A stretch of DNA of 63,999 nt, the filler included. It is 14 parts of 14 records of this genome, joined end to end, with 100 filler letters (N's around TTAATTAATTAA, not from the genome) between each part and the next. Parts side by side here need not be neighbours in the genome. Positions count along the whole stretch, not along the records: positions 27,319 to 31,932 come from SRR9188676_2788; positions 32,033 to 36,236 come from SRR9188676_2795; positions 36,337 to 39,784 come from SRR9188676_2797; positions 39,885 to 43,825 come from SRR9188676_2803; 10 more parts are not named here. One strand, written 5' to 3'. Below the pieces are notes generated by a model. That model ran no database searches and had not been told where the DNA came from. It saw only the letters and a program-made list of their open reading frames with translations. Numbering within the stretch: the first letter of the stretch is position 1; every line of letters starts with the position of its first letter. A program made the translations under genes and the position numbers. Positions 29,346 to 43,000 of the stretch are shown here, in pieces.

Positions 29346-31743
29346 CAACGATACCTATTCACTTTTAACGATATGTAGAATGTTGTCTCGCAAAATTAAG
29401 TCAGATCCTGATGAATGAAAGCCTCACAAAAGTATGTCACTCGAAAATGGCGCGAAAAGAAGTCGGGGTAGGTCATTATACTTTCTAGAAGTTTGATGAG
29501 AGAGCACTGGCATGATGTGGGCATGACTTGGGCGATGCGGATCTATTTCGATCTATCACTGAGAATTTTCAACGGTTGCCAAAAAACACAACACACGAGC
29601 AAGAAGCAGAGGTTGTAAGCAGCGATTTTCGTGTAGATGTTCTTGCGAACCCTGTTCTTTCTTTCAATATACTATATCCTACTTACCGGTTAGCGACTGC
29701 TGCTGTTTTTCACCCTCAGTTTCATCTTCACTCATCGCATTTTCTCTATAGATTGTTATGAACATCCGATCACGGAAAATGTCGCGAATTATCTCAAATC
29801 TGAGAAAGGTGTTACCAATCTACTCTTTGTTATTAGATATCAATGCATCTCACTGCTTTTTTATATAGATTACCGAGTTCTGATTCTTGGCCTTCGATAT
29901 GATCGATTTCACTCGTTGGACCTTGTTTCCCAATATCAAGAGCTCCTTCGATCCATTCTTGGCTCACATCATGCGCACAAGTTATCTGTAAAAAATATTG
30001 GAAATCGAGGTATATCTCTCTCCGATTTCAACTATTTCTCATTGTTTTGTTCAACGATCATGTACTCTTGAAAATATGATTCTCATTTTCCCCCCCTCCT
30101 TCTGCTTCAATCGTATTAATTTAGGCGGCCGTGTGGCCCTGGAAATTGTCTCTAACGAGCGATTAGATAGCGCACCGCTTGCTGCCCTTGATGATTTGGT
30201 CATTGAATATGCAGTATGAATTCCCTCCCCCTTCCAATTTCGCATCTCCACTTCACAATTTTCATCCGGGGTCCGCGTCATGCAATAATTCACTAACAGC
30301 ACTAAATATATTGCTCCTGCCATTTGGGTCATTTTCCCTGCATTTTAAATTGAGGAGATTTTTTTGGGGATGGCGACCTCGAACTTTAACGGAACGGTGA
30401 TTACGTGAGTCAATCGTTTGTCTCTTTTTCAGTCATTCCGTAGCGGATACGTTGCTAAATTTTCTTTGTGAGTGTGGATCTGAGCCGACCCAACTTAACT
30501 CGGCCGATTCTTGGCGAGCATAATATTGTACAAACCCTCTTCGTTTGCACTTGACTGAATGTAACGAGGGTGGAAGCTGCACTCTTCCCATACAATGATT
30601 GGAATATCGATTCTGCGACTCTGGCATTGCGTCTGAAGCGGGTACGAAATTCCAATGAACTCTCACATAATGAAGAATGGCAAGTTGAAATCGCACTGCT
30701 TTGAACGCAAAACCCCGCACCTGTGACCATGAATAAGGAGCAAATGCGCGAATCAGATGACGCGAGGGCGAAGACTTATTTTTGATCAATCTTTACAACT
30801 CCAAACATGGTGGGTTTCGGCCTGGTTTCGGTCTGGAATCCAGCCGGATTCACACATTTGGACTCAGAATCTGTTCAAGAAATGTTGTTTGGGTGCCCAC
30901 AAAAAGTCCATCCGAGCCGAAGGAGAATCCTTTGGTGTTCAATCCTCACTACTCCTGTTTCCCTATCTCCAAATGCACCCAGTCTTTTGCTCGGCCCCAT
31001 GACATAATCTGTGTACTTTGTGATGCAGGACTGCATGCACCAGCACGCCGAGACAGTGCTTGAGGACCACCCGGCACCGTGGCAAGAGGCAGCAAAGTTC
31101 TGCTCCACCCTCTCCCCGATTCCTCTCGACTATATACCCTGTACGCACACCATTCCAACCGATTACACACACCCCATCACAGCCATCACAACAATGCCAA
31201 CGATCTGAAGAGACATTTGCAAACTGGGAAACCATTTCTGGGAATATATTTCTGTCGAAATTTCAGTTGTTCTTCTTCTTGAGCTGAACTGGGAAGGATT
31301 GATTGAATGCACCTTGTCTCGGACTCTCCAACTCGATGTGTACCTAATCATGTGGATCAAGATATTCATTCTTGGCTTCAGTTCATACTGAGATCTCGCC
31401 ACAGATTGAAGTACAAGCTCTCGATGGCAGATAGCTATAAATTCAGTACTCTCAAACTTACTTGGGGATTTCATTCTAATTCTTGTTATCTAATAAACCG
31501 AATTACTTCCTCACCTAAATTTCATGCCTGGATTTTCGGAAATTGTCCCGCTATTACATCGTATCATTTTTCTCCTCTATCATTCGCTCGCGGTTTCTTT
31601 CCACTTCTATCATTTTTCTCCACTTCTATATGTATATTGATTTTAATCTATTTCCCTGTGTGCGTATTGTTTTGTCTATCTCACAGCCCACATCACATTC
31701 CTGCAAGGGACCACTCCTGTTTTGAAACGCGCAAGGCCGTCAT

Positions 31744-31800
31744 CTAGTACGTTACTAGCACGTTAATTTACTAGCACGTTCATTGACTTGCACGTTAATG
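31744..31800. repeat. Short degenerate tandem repeat (about 16 bp, ACTAGCACGTTAATT)
   Basis: actagcacgttaattt / actagcacgttcattg / acttgcacgttaatg, preceded by ctagtacgtt. Confidence 0.7.
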
Positions 31801-32112
31801 AGGCGATGTAGCATCCATGTCATGATAAAAGCTTCAAGAACCAACAGTTCTATCAAGCGAAATAATAATGTCAAGTAACGTCTACTGACATGCTTGTAAT
31901 TTCCTTTTTTAATTGAAAAGATTTTCTGAAAANNNNNNNNNNNNNNNNNNNNNNNNNNNNNNNNNNNNNNNNNNNNTTAATTAATTAANNNNNNNNNNNN
32001 NNNNNNNNNNNNNNNNNNNNNNNNNNNNNNNNCCGCCATTTTGCCACTTTTTGATTTTTCTTTCGACGCGTCTTCACTGATTCCGGGCCGGGATGGATGT
32101 CCTCGCTTAGAC

Positions 32113-35100
32113 ATGGCCGACGAGCAACCTTGTGCAATATGTCTTGATCCGATCGAAAATCGGGCAACTCTCAATGCTTGTCCGCACTGCTTCTGTCTCG
32201 ACTGCATCTTGCAATGGACTGTATGTTTTTCTTTCCTGAGGAGTTATTCGGGAGCTCATATCGATCATTATCCAGGAATTGACTAATCTATGTCCACTTT
32301 GTAAAACTCGGATTCTAACTATTCAATCATCGGACAAGAACATTCCAATCCATGATCGAGTCCTCCGAGTGAACTGCGATGGAGGAGATGAAGATTTATC
32401 TTCATTTTGGGACCCAAGAGACCTATCATTCTGTCGAGTTTGTGGCTCTCCTCACTCCGAGGATCGACTTCTTCTCTGTGACTCTTGTGATGAAGCCTAC
32501 CATTGTACTCACTTATTTTGGGTGGTATTTTTTCGCTGCTTTACTGACAGTTTTTTGTTTCTCCAGTGGAATGTCTCCATCCTCCGTTATCTGAGGTCCC
32601 TGAAGGCACATGGATGTGTCCCAATTGTGAAGATAGCGGAAATGCAGTAGATAGCGAAGAATCAGACTCAGAGCTCCATCTGGTATGTTCCGTTTTGTCT
32701 CAAATATAGAATGACAATTGATCAATGCACTTGTAAATGCTTCATATGTACTCAACGGTTGTTCTGAATTGAAAACTCGCACGTGTGTCCGAGATCTGGC
32801 TCGACATTTTCTCTATTTTCCCATTCCTCCTTATTCTCACGAGAACAAAATTCATCATTTCTGCGAGCTTCCAACACTCGAGAATGAGTTTCTTATTGAG
32901 TTGAATATTTTTTGCTTCTTTCATCTTTATCTTCTGGAGCTTATCGCTGTAGCTGCACTCTGAATCATACCTCAGAAACAGATACTCTTTTTTCTTGACA
33001 GAATGTCGTGATCTAACCCATCCCTGGGCCCGTATCATCGTTTCGGGTCTTGGCTGTCATGGTTTTCCTTGTTTTGTGCATATGTATTTGCTTACTGCTG
33101 TTGTACAATTTTGACTCAGAATTATGGCTGTGATAATACAAAAAATCGCCAAATTCGACTTTCGACATAAAGGAGAATGATCCCAATTCTAGAATTATTG
33201 TTGAAGATAGTAACTAGAACTGCAACAGGTCATCAGGTCGAGGACCGGATTGTTTTCGTATAGTCCTCGATTTTTCTTGTGGTGCCTCTACTATCCAATC
33301 TCCTCTCTTCATCTCATCGTTTCGAGTCTTGAAGGTCATCAATGAGCCCGTGCTTGTTTCTCCCTTATCCCAGTATGTTCATTTGCTTACTGCTGTATTT
33401 TAACATTGCCCATCTTCGGACAGTCAAATGATTCTGGAATTCGAAGGGCATCTCGGGTGCGGAATCGAAGAAGAGAGCGAGTTCAAGAGCAGCTTGTGAA
33501 TCTCCGCCGTCGCAGGCGTCTTGCTCAGATTGGCGAAGATGATGATGAAGCCACATTATCCTCTAAAAGATATGACTTCGCTTCCCTCAGGCCCGAGACC
33601 TATCTCGAAGACCCCGAAAAGTGCTTCGAAATGATTCGACAGGCAAAGAAGATAGAGCGGGCTTCCAGAGAAGCCTCATCCCGTGCGGCTGTATCAAGTT
33701 TTTCCTTTGATACTTTTCTTTGGAAAAAGGTACTGACGATTCATTGATTTCCTTTCCTCATTTATTTTGAGTCAATGTTTTGCGTTCATATTTTCAAAAC
33801 GTAGCCTTCTGACCGTCTCGATTACTGCGCATCGAAAAGTAACTGCGGGAAAGATCATGCTACACTCTGGATGCGCTGTTTTTCGCTGTAATGCTGGATC
33901 TTAATCCGAAATCTCACTCTTTGCATTCGACCTTAGGAAGTAATTATTCAGAATGCTGAATGTGATTGTCTCTATTGAACTGAAATCAGATGAGGTCTGG
34001 CATCATTCGGCCTGCGAACGTATTATTTGCTGTTTTTTTTATTGGCAATACCACGTCCGCGGTGAGAAAAGAAAGAATTGATAGTTTCGGGACAACCAAA
34101 ACGTGTCGATTTTTCTGAAGGAAGGATCGATTCTTTTTTTTCCCCCGAGGTCTATTCTCTATTCTCGCCTTCCTAGAAGAGTGTGTCGCTGCTTTTGGTA
34201 ATGGGGTTGATTTCTTGACCCTTGTTCGCATGTTCTCTTTTTTCATTAACCTCATTAACTTTCTTATTATGATTATTTTCCCGTGAACCATAGGATGACT
34301 CACGGTTTGGGTCTAGACGTGTTACGCGCAGCTCAACATCGACACTACATGACGATTTGACCGGCCTCGAAGAAATCTACGAGATTTCTCCCTCCAACAC
34401 CAACACTGAGAGTCTAACCAACAGACATTCGCACTCTCGAAACCCCACCCGAAACCTCGAACCCATCTCTCAGAATCCTGAGACCAATTCACATCAGTCA
34501 TTTCTCTCTGGATGCAGTAAACAGCCTCAGCGGCGATCCACTCCCCCTTCAATCGCTTCTATCCCCTATCCACGGTCCAGCGATCTTCAGAGAACAACTA
34601 TCATATCATCCGTGAATGTTCCCTTGCTCTTACAAGAGCTGGATGAGCCACGTCAGAAAACCGATACTCACACTCCATTTGGTAACAAGCGTAGATATGA
34701 ACCTGATCAGGATTCCTCCACTTCCTCCTGGAGATCAAAACGCAGTAGATCCACACCCTCGCCCTTATCCTCGCCACCCACAGATAGAGACGCAAATGAA
34801 AGTGAAAAGGAAGATATTCCAGTGGCAGAAACCAGCAAGGGAATTGTACGAAGCCTGACTGATACGCGTTCGATCCCCGGTGCTTGCACTGTCAAAGCAG
34901 AATTGAATAGAGTCATGGAACAGTTGAACAACTCCATCCTGCCATCCTCAACCCTATCCTCAACTCCATTCTTAGCCTCTTCCTCATCGGTCACTTCATC
35001 TTCCCCAACCGCAACTGCAACACCAGCTCTTTCATCGGCTCATTTATCCTTCTCATCCTCATCATCAGGCGTCAGAGCCACGAAGTATTTCTCTCCTAAA

Positions 35101-35775
35101 CAAACCGATCCATCCGCTGAAAAATCATCTTCATCCACATCAGTCGTTCCAGAATCAACGTCATCCACATCAAAGTATCTAACATCACAAATTGACATAA
35201 TTAACAGCCACAATACTCTGAATAAGCAATCAAAAGCCGATGAACCAGTACACTCTCCAGAACCTCTCGATCCTCACAATTCTCTGACTGCTGGAAATTC
35301 TTCGAACTTAACAGCTCACAAGAAACCCGAGCTAACTGATCAAGACTCAGAATCTGGTTCTGAAAGCGTATCCCAGCACCAAAAAGAACAGGAAGAACCG
35401 GAAGAATCTGTAGACAACTCCATTAATTCTTCCTCTAGCCAACAGGACCTGTTCAGTCTCCTCGAAACATGGCGATGCAGAAAGCGACCACCAGCGGTAT
35501 CCTCGCACAGAGTTACAGCACCACTGCGGCCCGTTTCTGATGCAGGAATAAGTCGATCAGGCGTGAGTAAACTCGGGACTTACACCAGCACTGTGGGGAA
35601 AACCAGTGACTTATCAGGGCTAGGTGCCGCTAGGCCCTCTCAGGGACAAACCACAACCTGTCGTACAAATAGCGCTCTGAACTCTTCCTCTCTCTTGCCA
35701 AAACAGGATTCCACTCTGCCGAGAAAGAAGAGTGTTCGGGATGATTCTACGTTTGCTTGCCTATTTGCTCTTTGA
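32113..35775 (+). CDS. RING + PHD finger protein (PHRF1-like) with long Ser-rich tail, spliced
   Basis: Removing introns 32221-32275 and 32505-32566 (branch TACTGAC) restores CAIC..CPHCFCLDC..CPLC and CRVC..LLLCDSCDEAYHLECL..WMCPNC. Downstream exons near 33425-33690 and 34300-35750 are inferred to be the same gene. Confidence 0.82.
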
Positions 35776-36336
35776 ATCTAATGTCACAGATGGGCGCACA
35801 TATTGGGTTTGACTATTTTAGACTATTTCAACTGATAATTATTTATCACTCGAACCTCCATTTTTCTGTTTCGATCGCACATAGAAAAAATGCAGGGATC
35901 ATATCCAATATTGGAAACTTTGGATCTCACATCCACATTCATTTTCTGATACGTATTTAAGCAGCTGCCGGTTACCCTAGGCGTTATAATGGCGATGATA
36001 GATGTCGATTCGATCAATCTAGCCGAAAATGCGATCTCGCTTTTGCAAAAAAGTCGCAAGTGATTGCTGCTTTATTTTGGTTTTCGTTCGAAGAGAGCTC
36101 AATAAAATCGTTTGCTCACACACGCTGTGTTTCACCCGGAACTTGTCCAAAAATGAAGCGAGAGATAAAAGTCCCGATAAAAGTCCCGAGAAAGGAATTC
36201 AATCGAAATATTGGACCTATTACCGATCTGCGACCANNNNNNNNNNNNNNNNNNNNNNNNNNNNNNNNNNNNNNNNNNNNTTAATTAATTAANNNNNNNN
36301 NNNNNNNNNNNNNNNNNNNNNNNNNNNNNNNNNNNN

Positions 36337-39300
36337 GTTGGTGCAAGTGACACCATCACCAGAGTAGCCGGTGTTGCAAGCGCATCGGAAGCTGCCAGCG
36401 GTCTCGACGCAAGTGGCCGTGGACGCGCAGTTGTCAGTGTTCTTGGTGCACTCGGCAGTGTCATCGCACACCAGACCGGTGCCAGAGAAGCCAGTGTTGC
36501 AAGAGCAAGTGAATGAGCCAGTGGAATCGGCGCAAGCGGCGTTGATGTCGCAGTTGTCGATCGCGCTGGAGCACTCGTTGGTGTTGGCGCAAGTGAGCCC
36601 GTCACCCTCATAGCCAGCGTTACACATACAGTAGAAGCTGCCAGAGGTATCGATGCACGCAGCCTCGGCAGCGCAGTTATCAGTGTTCAGAGTGCATTCA
36701 TCAGCATCGCCGCAAGAAGTGCCAGTACCAGAGAAGCCATCGAGGCATTCACAAGTGAAGGAGCCATCGGTGTTGGTGCACTCGGCATTGCGGTCGCAGT
36801 TGTGGAAGCCGCCGTCACACTCATCCAAGTCGGCGCACTCCAAGCCAGTGCCAAAGTAGCCGAGGTTGCATTCACAGGAGAAGGAGCCAGCAGTGTCGAT
36901 GCAGGTAGCCAGAGTGGCGCAGTCATGGAGAGAAGCAGTGCACTCATCCACATTGGCACAGGAGCCTTCCTTGTCCTCATAGCCCAAAGAGCATTCGCAA
37001 GAGAAGGAACCAGCGGTGTTGGTGCAGTTGGAGCGAGGAGGACAGCTATCCGTGGCAAGCGCGCACTCATCGACATCAACACACTCAGAGTCAGTGCCGT
37101 TCATCTGCATCGTGTAGCCGGCATCGCACTCGCACCAGAAGCTACCGATGGTGTCGACACACGTGCTGGACATGGCGTCGCAGGAATCGACGGCAGTGTC
37201 ACACTCATCGATATCGCTGCAGTCAAGGCCATCGCCCTCGAAACCAGTGTTGCACTCGCAGGCAAAGGAGCCATTGGTGTTGTTGCAAGCGGCAAAGAAG
37301 TGGCAGTTGTGGGTGGCAAGCTCGCACTCATCAGTGTCCAGGCAGGGCTGGCCACTGCCATAGTACCCAGCGTCACAGGTGCACTGGAAGCTGCCATAGG
37401 TGTCGGAGCAGAGAGCATTGGGATCGCAGTCGTGGATAGCAAGCTCGCACTCGTTCACGTTCAAGGGGAACTCATAGGACTGACCAGCCCAGACATCACA
37501 GTCATAGCCAGAGATGCAGCCGCAAGTAAAGCTGCCGTCGGTGTTGATGCAGTCAGTCATGGACATGCAGCCATGGAGACCAAACTCGCACTCATCCACA
37601 TCCGTGCAGTTCTGACCGTTGCCAGTGTACCCGGTGTTGCAGGAGCACAGGAAGCTGCCATAGGTGTCAGTGCAAGTAGCGTTGAGGTCGCAGGAGTGAG
37701 TGCCGAAGAGGCACTCGTCCACATCGCCGCAGTCGATGCCATCGCCGCTCCAGCCAATGGGGCATGAGCAAGTGAAGGAGCCGTCGGTGTTGTTACAAGC
37801 AGCGTTCGGGCCGCAAGTGTCGAGAGCAAAGACGCACTCGTCCATATCGACGCACAGGGAATCGGACAGATAGTAGCCGGCATCGCAGGAGCAGATGAAG
37901 CTGCCCGGGATGTCGATGCAGTCAGAGAATTCAGGGCAAGTGTCCAAGGCGAGCTCGCACTCGTCGACGTTCGCGCAAGTCACACCATCGCCTTCATACC
38001 CGACGTTGCAGTCGCAAGTGAAAGACCCAACGGTGTTGGTGCAGTTGGCACGAGGATGGCAGTTGTCATAGCCGAGATCGCACTCGTCGAAATCACCGCA
38101 AGTGACACCATCGCCAATAAGGCCAGTGCCACAGCCGCACACGAAGCTGCCGTAGGTATCCGTGCAAGCAGAGTCAGCATCACAGTTGTGGAGGCCAAGC
38201 GCACACTCGTTGGCGTTGGGGCAGCTCACACCATCACCGTCGAAACCAGAGTTACAAGTGCAAGTGAAGCTACCTTGTGTATCAGCGCAGACGGACTCCA
38301 AGTCGCAGTTGTGAGTAAGCAGAGAGCACTCATCGATGTTGGTGCAAGTGAGACCGTCGCCGAGGTAGCCGATGGGGCAGGCGCAAGTGAAGCTGCCAGC
38401 AGTATCCGTGCAAACACCAACAACAGGGTCGCAGTTATCGGTGGCAATGGTGCATTCATCGATGTTGACGCAAGACACACCATCACCCTCATAACCGAGG
38501 TTGCAGGCGCAAGAGAAAGAGCCATGGAAGTTGGTACAGGTAGCGTTGGCATCGCAGTTGTCAATGGCAAGCGTGCACTCATCGCGTTCGGTACAGACAG
38601 TGCCGGAACCAGGCAGACCAGCGGGACAAGTGCAAGTGAAGCTACCAGGGGAATTGGCACAAGTGGCAGTGGAGTCGCAGTTGTCAATGCCGATAGTGCA
38701 CTCATCGACTTCAGAACAGGTGAGGCCAGTGCCAGAGTAGCCGAGGTTGCAGGCGCAGTAGAAGCTGCCCGGAGTGTCCGTGCATGTGGCAAGAGTGGAT
38801 TCGCAAGTGTCAGTGTTGAGGGTGCATTCATCGTCATTCGTGCAAGTGACACCATCACCAGTGTAACCGAGGTTGCAAGCGCACTCGAAGCTGGCATAGG
38901 TGTTGGTGCAGGTGGCTTCCTCGTGGCAGCTGCTAGTGCCCAGAGTGCATTCATCATCCTCCTCGCAAGTCACACCGTCACCAGAGAAGCCCACAAGGCA
39001 GTCGCAAGAGAAGCTGCCGATAGAGTCAGTGCAGGTAGCCTCAGAGGAGCAAGTAGAGCCAGCAGTACATTCATCGATGTTCTCGCAAGTCACACCGTCA
39101 CCAGAGTAGCCATCATTGCACACACATTCGAAGCTGCCGGCAGAGTTGGTGCAAGTGGAGCCATAGATAGCGCAGTTGTCAGCGCCAGTGGCACACTCAT
39201 CGTCCTCAGTACAGGTAAGACCATCACCAGAGTAGCCAGGGTTGCAAGTGCACCAGAAGCTGCCAGAGGTGTCAGTACAGGTGGCATCGGCGGCGCAGTC

Positions 39301-39784
39301 AGCGGCACCAAGGTTGCATTCATCATCATTCGTACAAGCGAGACCGCTGCCAGAATAACCGATGTTGCAGGCACAGGTGAAGCTGCCGTCAATATCAGTG
39401 CAAGTAGCCTCAATATTGCAGTTGTGCACCAAGGTTGTGCACTCATCGATGTTAGTGCAAGAAACAGTGGCATCGCCTTCATAGCCCTCATTGCAGGCAC
39501 AGCTGAAGCTTCCCACAGATTCAGTGCAAGTCGAGAAAGCAGCGCAGTTGTGAGACCCTTCCACACACTCATCGTAATTGGTGCAAGTGAGACCATCACC
39601 GGAGAAACCGGCGTTGCAGGCACAAGTGAAGCTACCAATAGTGTTGGTACAAGTAACACCAGAGCTAGCACAGCTGTCAATGCCAGTAGCACACTCATCG
39701 ACCTCAGTACAAGTCAAGCCATCTCCAGAGAAGCCAGTGAGGCAAGCGCAGGTGAAAGAGCCAGCAGTGTTGGTGCAAGTGGCA
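36337..39784 (-). CDS. Fibrillin-like tandem calcium-binding EGF repeat protein (internal fragment, about 27 repeats)
   Basis: Uninterrupted frame across the whole contig with repeated D-x-D-E-C...C-x-N/D-T-x-G-S-F-x-C-x-C..GY.GDG..C. Confidence 0.97.
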
Positions 39785-39884
39785 NNNNNNNNNNNNNNNN
39801 NNNNNNNNNNNNNNNNNNNNNNNNNNNNTTAATTAATTAANNNNNNNNNNNNNNNNNNNNNNNNNNNNNNNNNNNNNNNNNNNN

Positions 39885-42800
39885 CCATCTTTCTTGGGGG
39901 AGGACTGTGCGGGATCCCTGCTGTAGATGAGGCATGTGTTCGCCAGCGCTTTCGCTGGGTTCGCGAGCTCTGCGTCATACTGCTCGTCAGGTGCACCATA
40001 CGGCTCTGTGGAGAGATGGAGAAGAGAGGATCAGATCGGTGAGGAGGTTGTACATCCAGTGCGTTTGTTATGCCGGATGGTCAACATTTGAAGGTTTACT
40101 ATCCAGCCAGTTTTAGGATATAAAAACTCCGATTATCCATGTTACAAAGTGAAGAGGTCATTTGTGAAGAGCCAGAAGCTCGGGCCTTAATATCCTCGGA
40201 TTCTGACCCTTGATCTCGACCAGTTCACTTCATTACACAGGTAATAACTTTTTACACTTTTCATCGGAAAGCAGTGACGTATTAATAATTGAAAGAATAC
40301 AAGAAATTATAGCGTAAATCCTCGGGCGAGTGTCGTCACCCCGAGGACCGCTCTCCCTCGAGTTAACACCAGAATTACCCATGTTATTAACTATTGTTAT
40401 CTTTCTTACGTGTGCTCAACGAGTTGCCCTATCACAAAGATGGCTGATTGGTGAGAGTGTAATGTTGACCATAGTACAGAAAATTGTCTATCACCTAGAG
40501 CTGAACCGTGTAGCCAGGGCTGCGGGTGGCCGGCGAAATTAGATTTGACCGAATGACAGAGAAGTTAACTCGGTCAGGTAGCCATGGCATAAAATTTAGT
40601 CATCTGGTATAAGAGGACACGCCGCCCACACTACGGAGTATCGAGCCCTTAGGGAGCAGAACATAAATGGCCATCTGATCAGAACTACCGTCCAGATTGA
40701 AAGCGGAAGTTCCCAAGAGATTTGAACTTCACTCTTTGCTATCAAATGACATACCGTCAACACTGAATGCAGTATCGACACCCTCAGGAGCTCGACCATG
40801 CAGCCAGGCCTGCCTGTGGCCGTGAGCAATCAGATTTGACCTGCTGGCCAGCCCCACGAGCCCCACGGAGTATGCCGCCGTGATGCTTGCCTGTGCCGCC
40901 AGCGTCATGCCACTCAATTCCTCCTCGGACCCTGTTGTGTGAAATATCCCAGGGCATAAATTTCGAGATCAATGAGAAGTTTTCGGCATAATAATAATCA
41001 TCATCATCATCATCAGATATTGCTTTCCAAAATGAGCAAAAATGCGGGTGTCTAATATCGACAGTGAATGAGATTATTCCTCCCCGAAGAAGAGACTGGC
41101 TGAAACAGCGAGCCATTCACGCAATGTGAGTGAGTTCTTTATTCTCCATCTCTGGTGCTCGACTGAGGGCTTTCATTGCACTGAGGGTATGTGGATGTGA
41201 TGTGTGGTGTGGAATAGAATGTGTAAGATACTTCGTTGCAGCAGATACTAGCCGTAGATGGGTAGTGTGTAAATATCGCCTCCTCCGATTGTGATGAGAT
41301 GAGCCGCTTGTCGTGTGGTAAATGGCATGTGATAAATACATCGATGGCGACGCGTGTCATTGTTGTGTGAGCGTATCGTTGCATGGTCTAGCATATAGTG
41401 GTGTACAGTCACCCCTTTCAAATTGCACAGGGTACCAGCCTGTATTCTCCGTTCGAAATGGGATGAGAGTTCAAGGCGAATACAGAAGCTGGGAACCGTG
41501 TACAGTTGGCTGTAGTGTACTGAGAGGCGGTATGATATGCTTGCTTACCATCAGCGATCTTCGCACGCAGAGCGCGCACTTGTGCTAGCAGCTGGGTCAG
41601 TTGTCTCGGCAAATTCGCCTCCCCTTCCACATCAGAGTCAGGGCTCCTTGCCCCATCCCTTCCCTCCCCATTCACCCCATTGTTTCCCTCTCCCGCTACA
41701 CCCACACCCACACCCATCCCCCTACCTGCACCCCCGGTCTCCAAATCAACATCATTATTATTCTCAGCATCGTCAGGGTTCGGCCACGGGCCCGCTAGGC
41801 CTCCAAGCCCTACTAACCCAGCCAATTCCGCGAGCCCGGGTGCTCCCACCCCACCACCGCCATCGCGGCCAAGATCCAGCAGGGCCTGAAGCAAAGGCAA
41901 GGGGGCATGGCCCTCGGCTAGCAGTGACGCATACTCCTCTTGGAGAAGCTCGATGGGTGGGTGGATCTCGTGGCACAGGCAGCACTCCACTTCTAGCTCG
42001 TAGTTGTGCTGGTTGCGCCCCTCAGTCTGCACCAACAAACAAAAGTGGGAAGTACGAGTTGATGATGTAATTCTCTTTGACGACGAGGACGAACACTCCG
42101 CTCACAAAGACAACCTAGTGTGATGGGGGCGATCGAATTAAGTGCGAAGGGAAGAAGGAAAGACTCCACAGCAAATAAACAACAGAAAAGAGGAAGGAGA
42201 GAGGAGAACAAAGAATCTAAGACGAATCAATCCGATCTTCGGGAGCTTTTCGTTCTGATTACTTTTGATCAGCAATCTGAAAAATTCGAGAGCTTTTTCG
42301 TTTCTGTCGTAGAATGTGGAATGTGCGGTGCGAATGCCGTTTTTTCTTTGCTCTCACTGCCTCCACTCTTTCATATTCTTGTATTTTCCCCAATGAGCGA
42401 TATAAGGGAGATGGACTTGAGTTAGTGTTCTGTTGTGCGAGCAGCAGCCCATACTCAGGGTTAGTAACACGCATATTCACTGAGAATGGAATTCCGATGG
42501 CTGCGTTTCATTGTAGATAATCGCAAATGAATGAAAGCATTGGCGGTGAACAGGATGAAATTGATATTTCACATGCGAGAATCATTTCAGCTTTTCCTCG
42601 ACCCTGTTGTGATAATTCCTGACCGCACTTCATCGTTTTCTCCCGTTTCGTGCACCATTCGCTCCTACTCGGCATCCCTCGATGTGATCATTCGGTTCGA
42701 CCTTCAGGCTAATCCCGCGTCCCTCTCTCCCTGCTGCTGACTGCTTCCCCATCAGTTTGTTGTTTGCTCTTTGTTGTTTTCTACTTGATGAACACACATC

Positions 42801-43000
42801 ATCATTCTCCTCTGAAAAATGATTGTGCGTCCAGAAATAGATGCTGATTTGTGTACCTGGAAGGGTGATGTTGGAGGCTGCGGCAACTGGTCCTGGTCCA
42901 GACCGTGCTTCTTGGCAAATGCTTCCTGCTGTGCCTTGAGCCGAGCCATTGCTTCGGCCTGCCGCTTCTTGGCTAGCGCCTTGCGGTCGACGCCGCCATC
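39885..43000 (-). CDS. Probable UBR1/2/3-type N-recognin E3 ligase fragment, spliced
   Basis: Exon 42857-43000 RKALAKKRQAEAMARLKAQQEAF (UBR basic helix); exon 41549-42026 with CCLCHE (start of split RING); exon 40755-40931 VGLVGLASRSNL. Splice phase between the last two exons is consistent. Confidence 0.6.

Noticed and set aside
36802-39840. Long + strand ORFs (321 and 594 aa) opposite the EGF gene
   Set aside because: Antisense shadows of a codon-biased repetitive gene.
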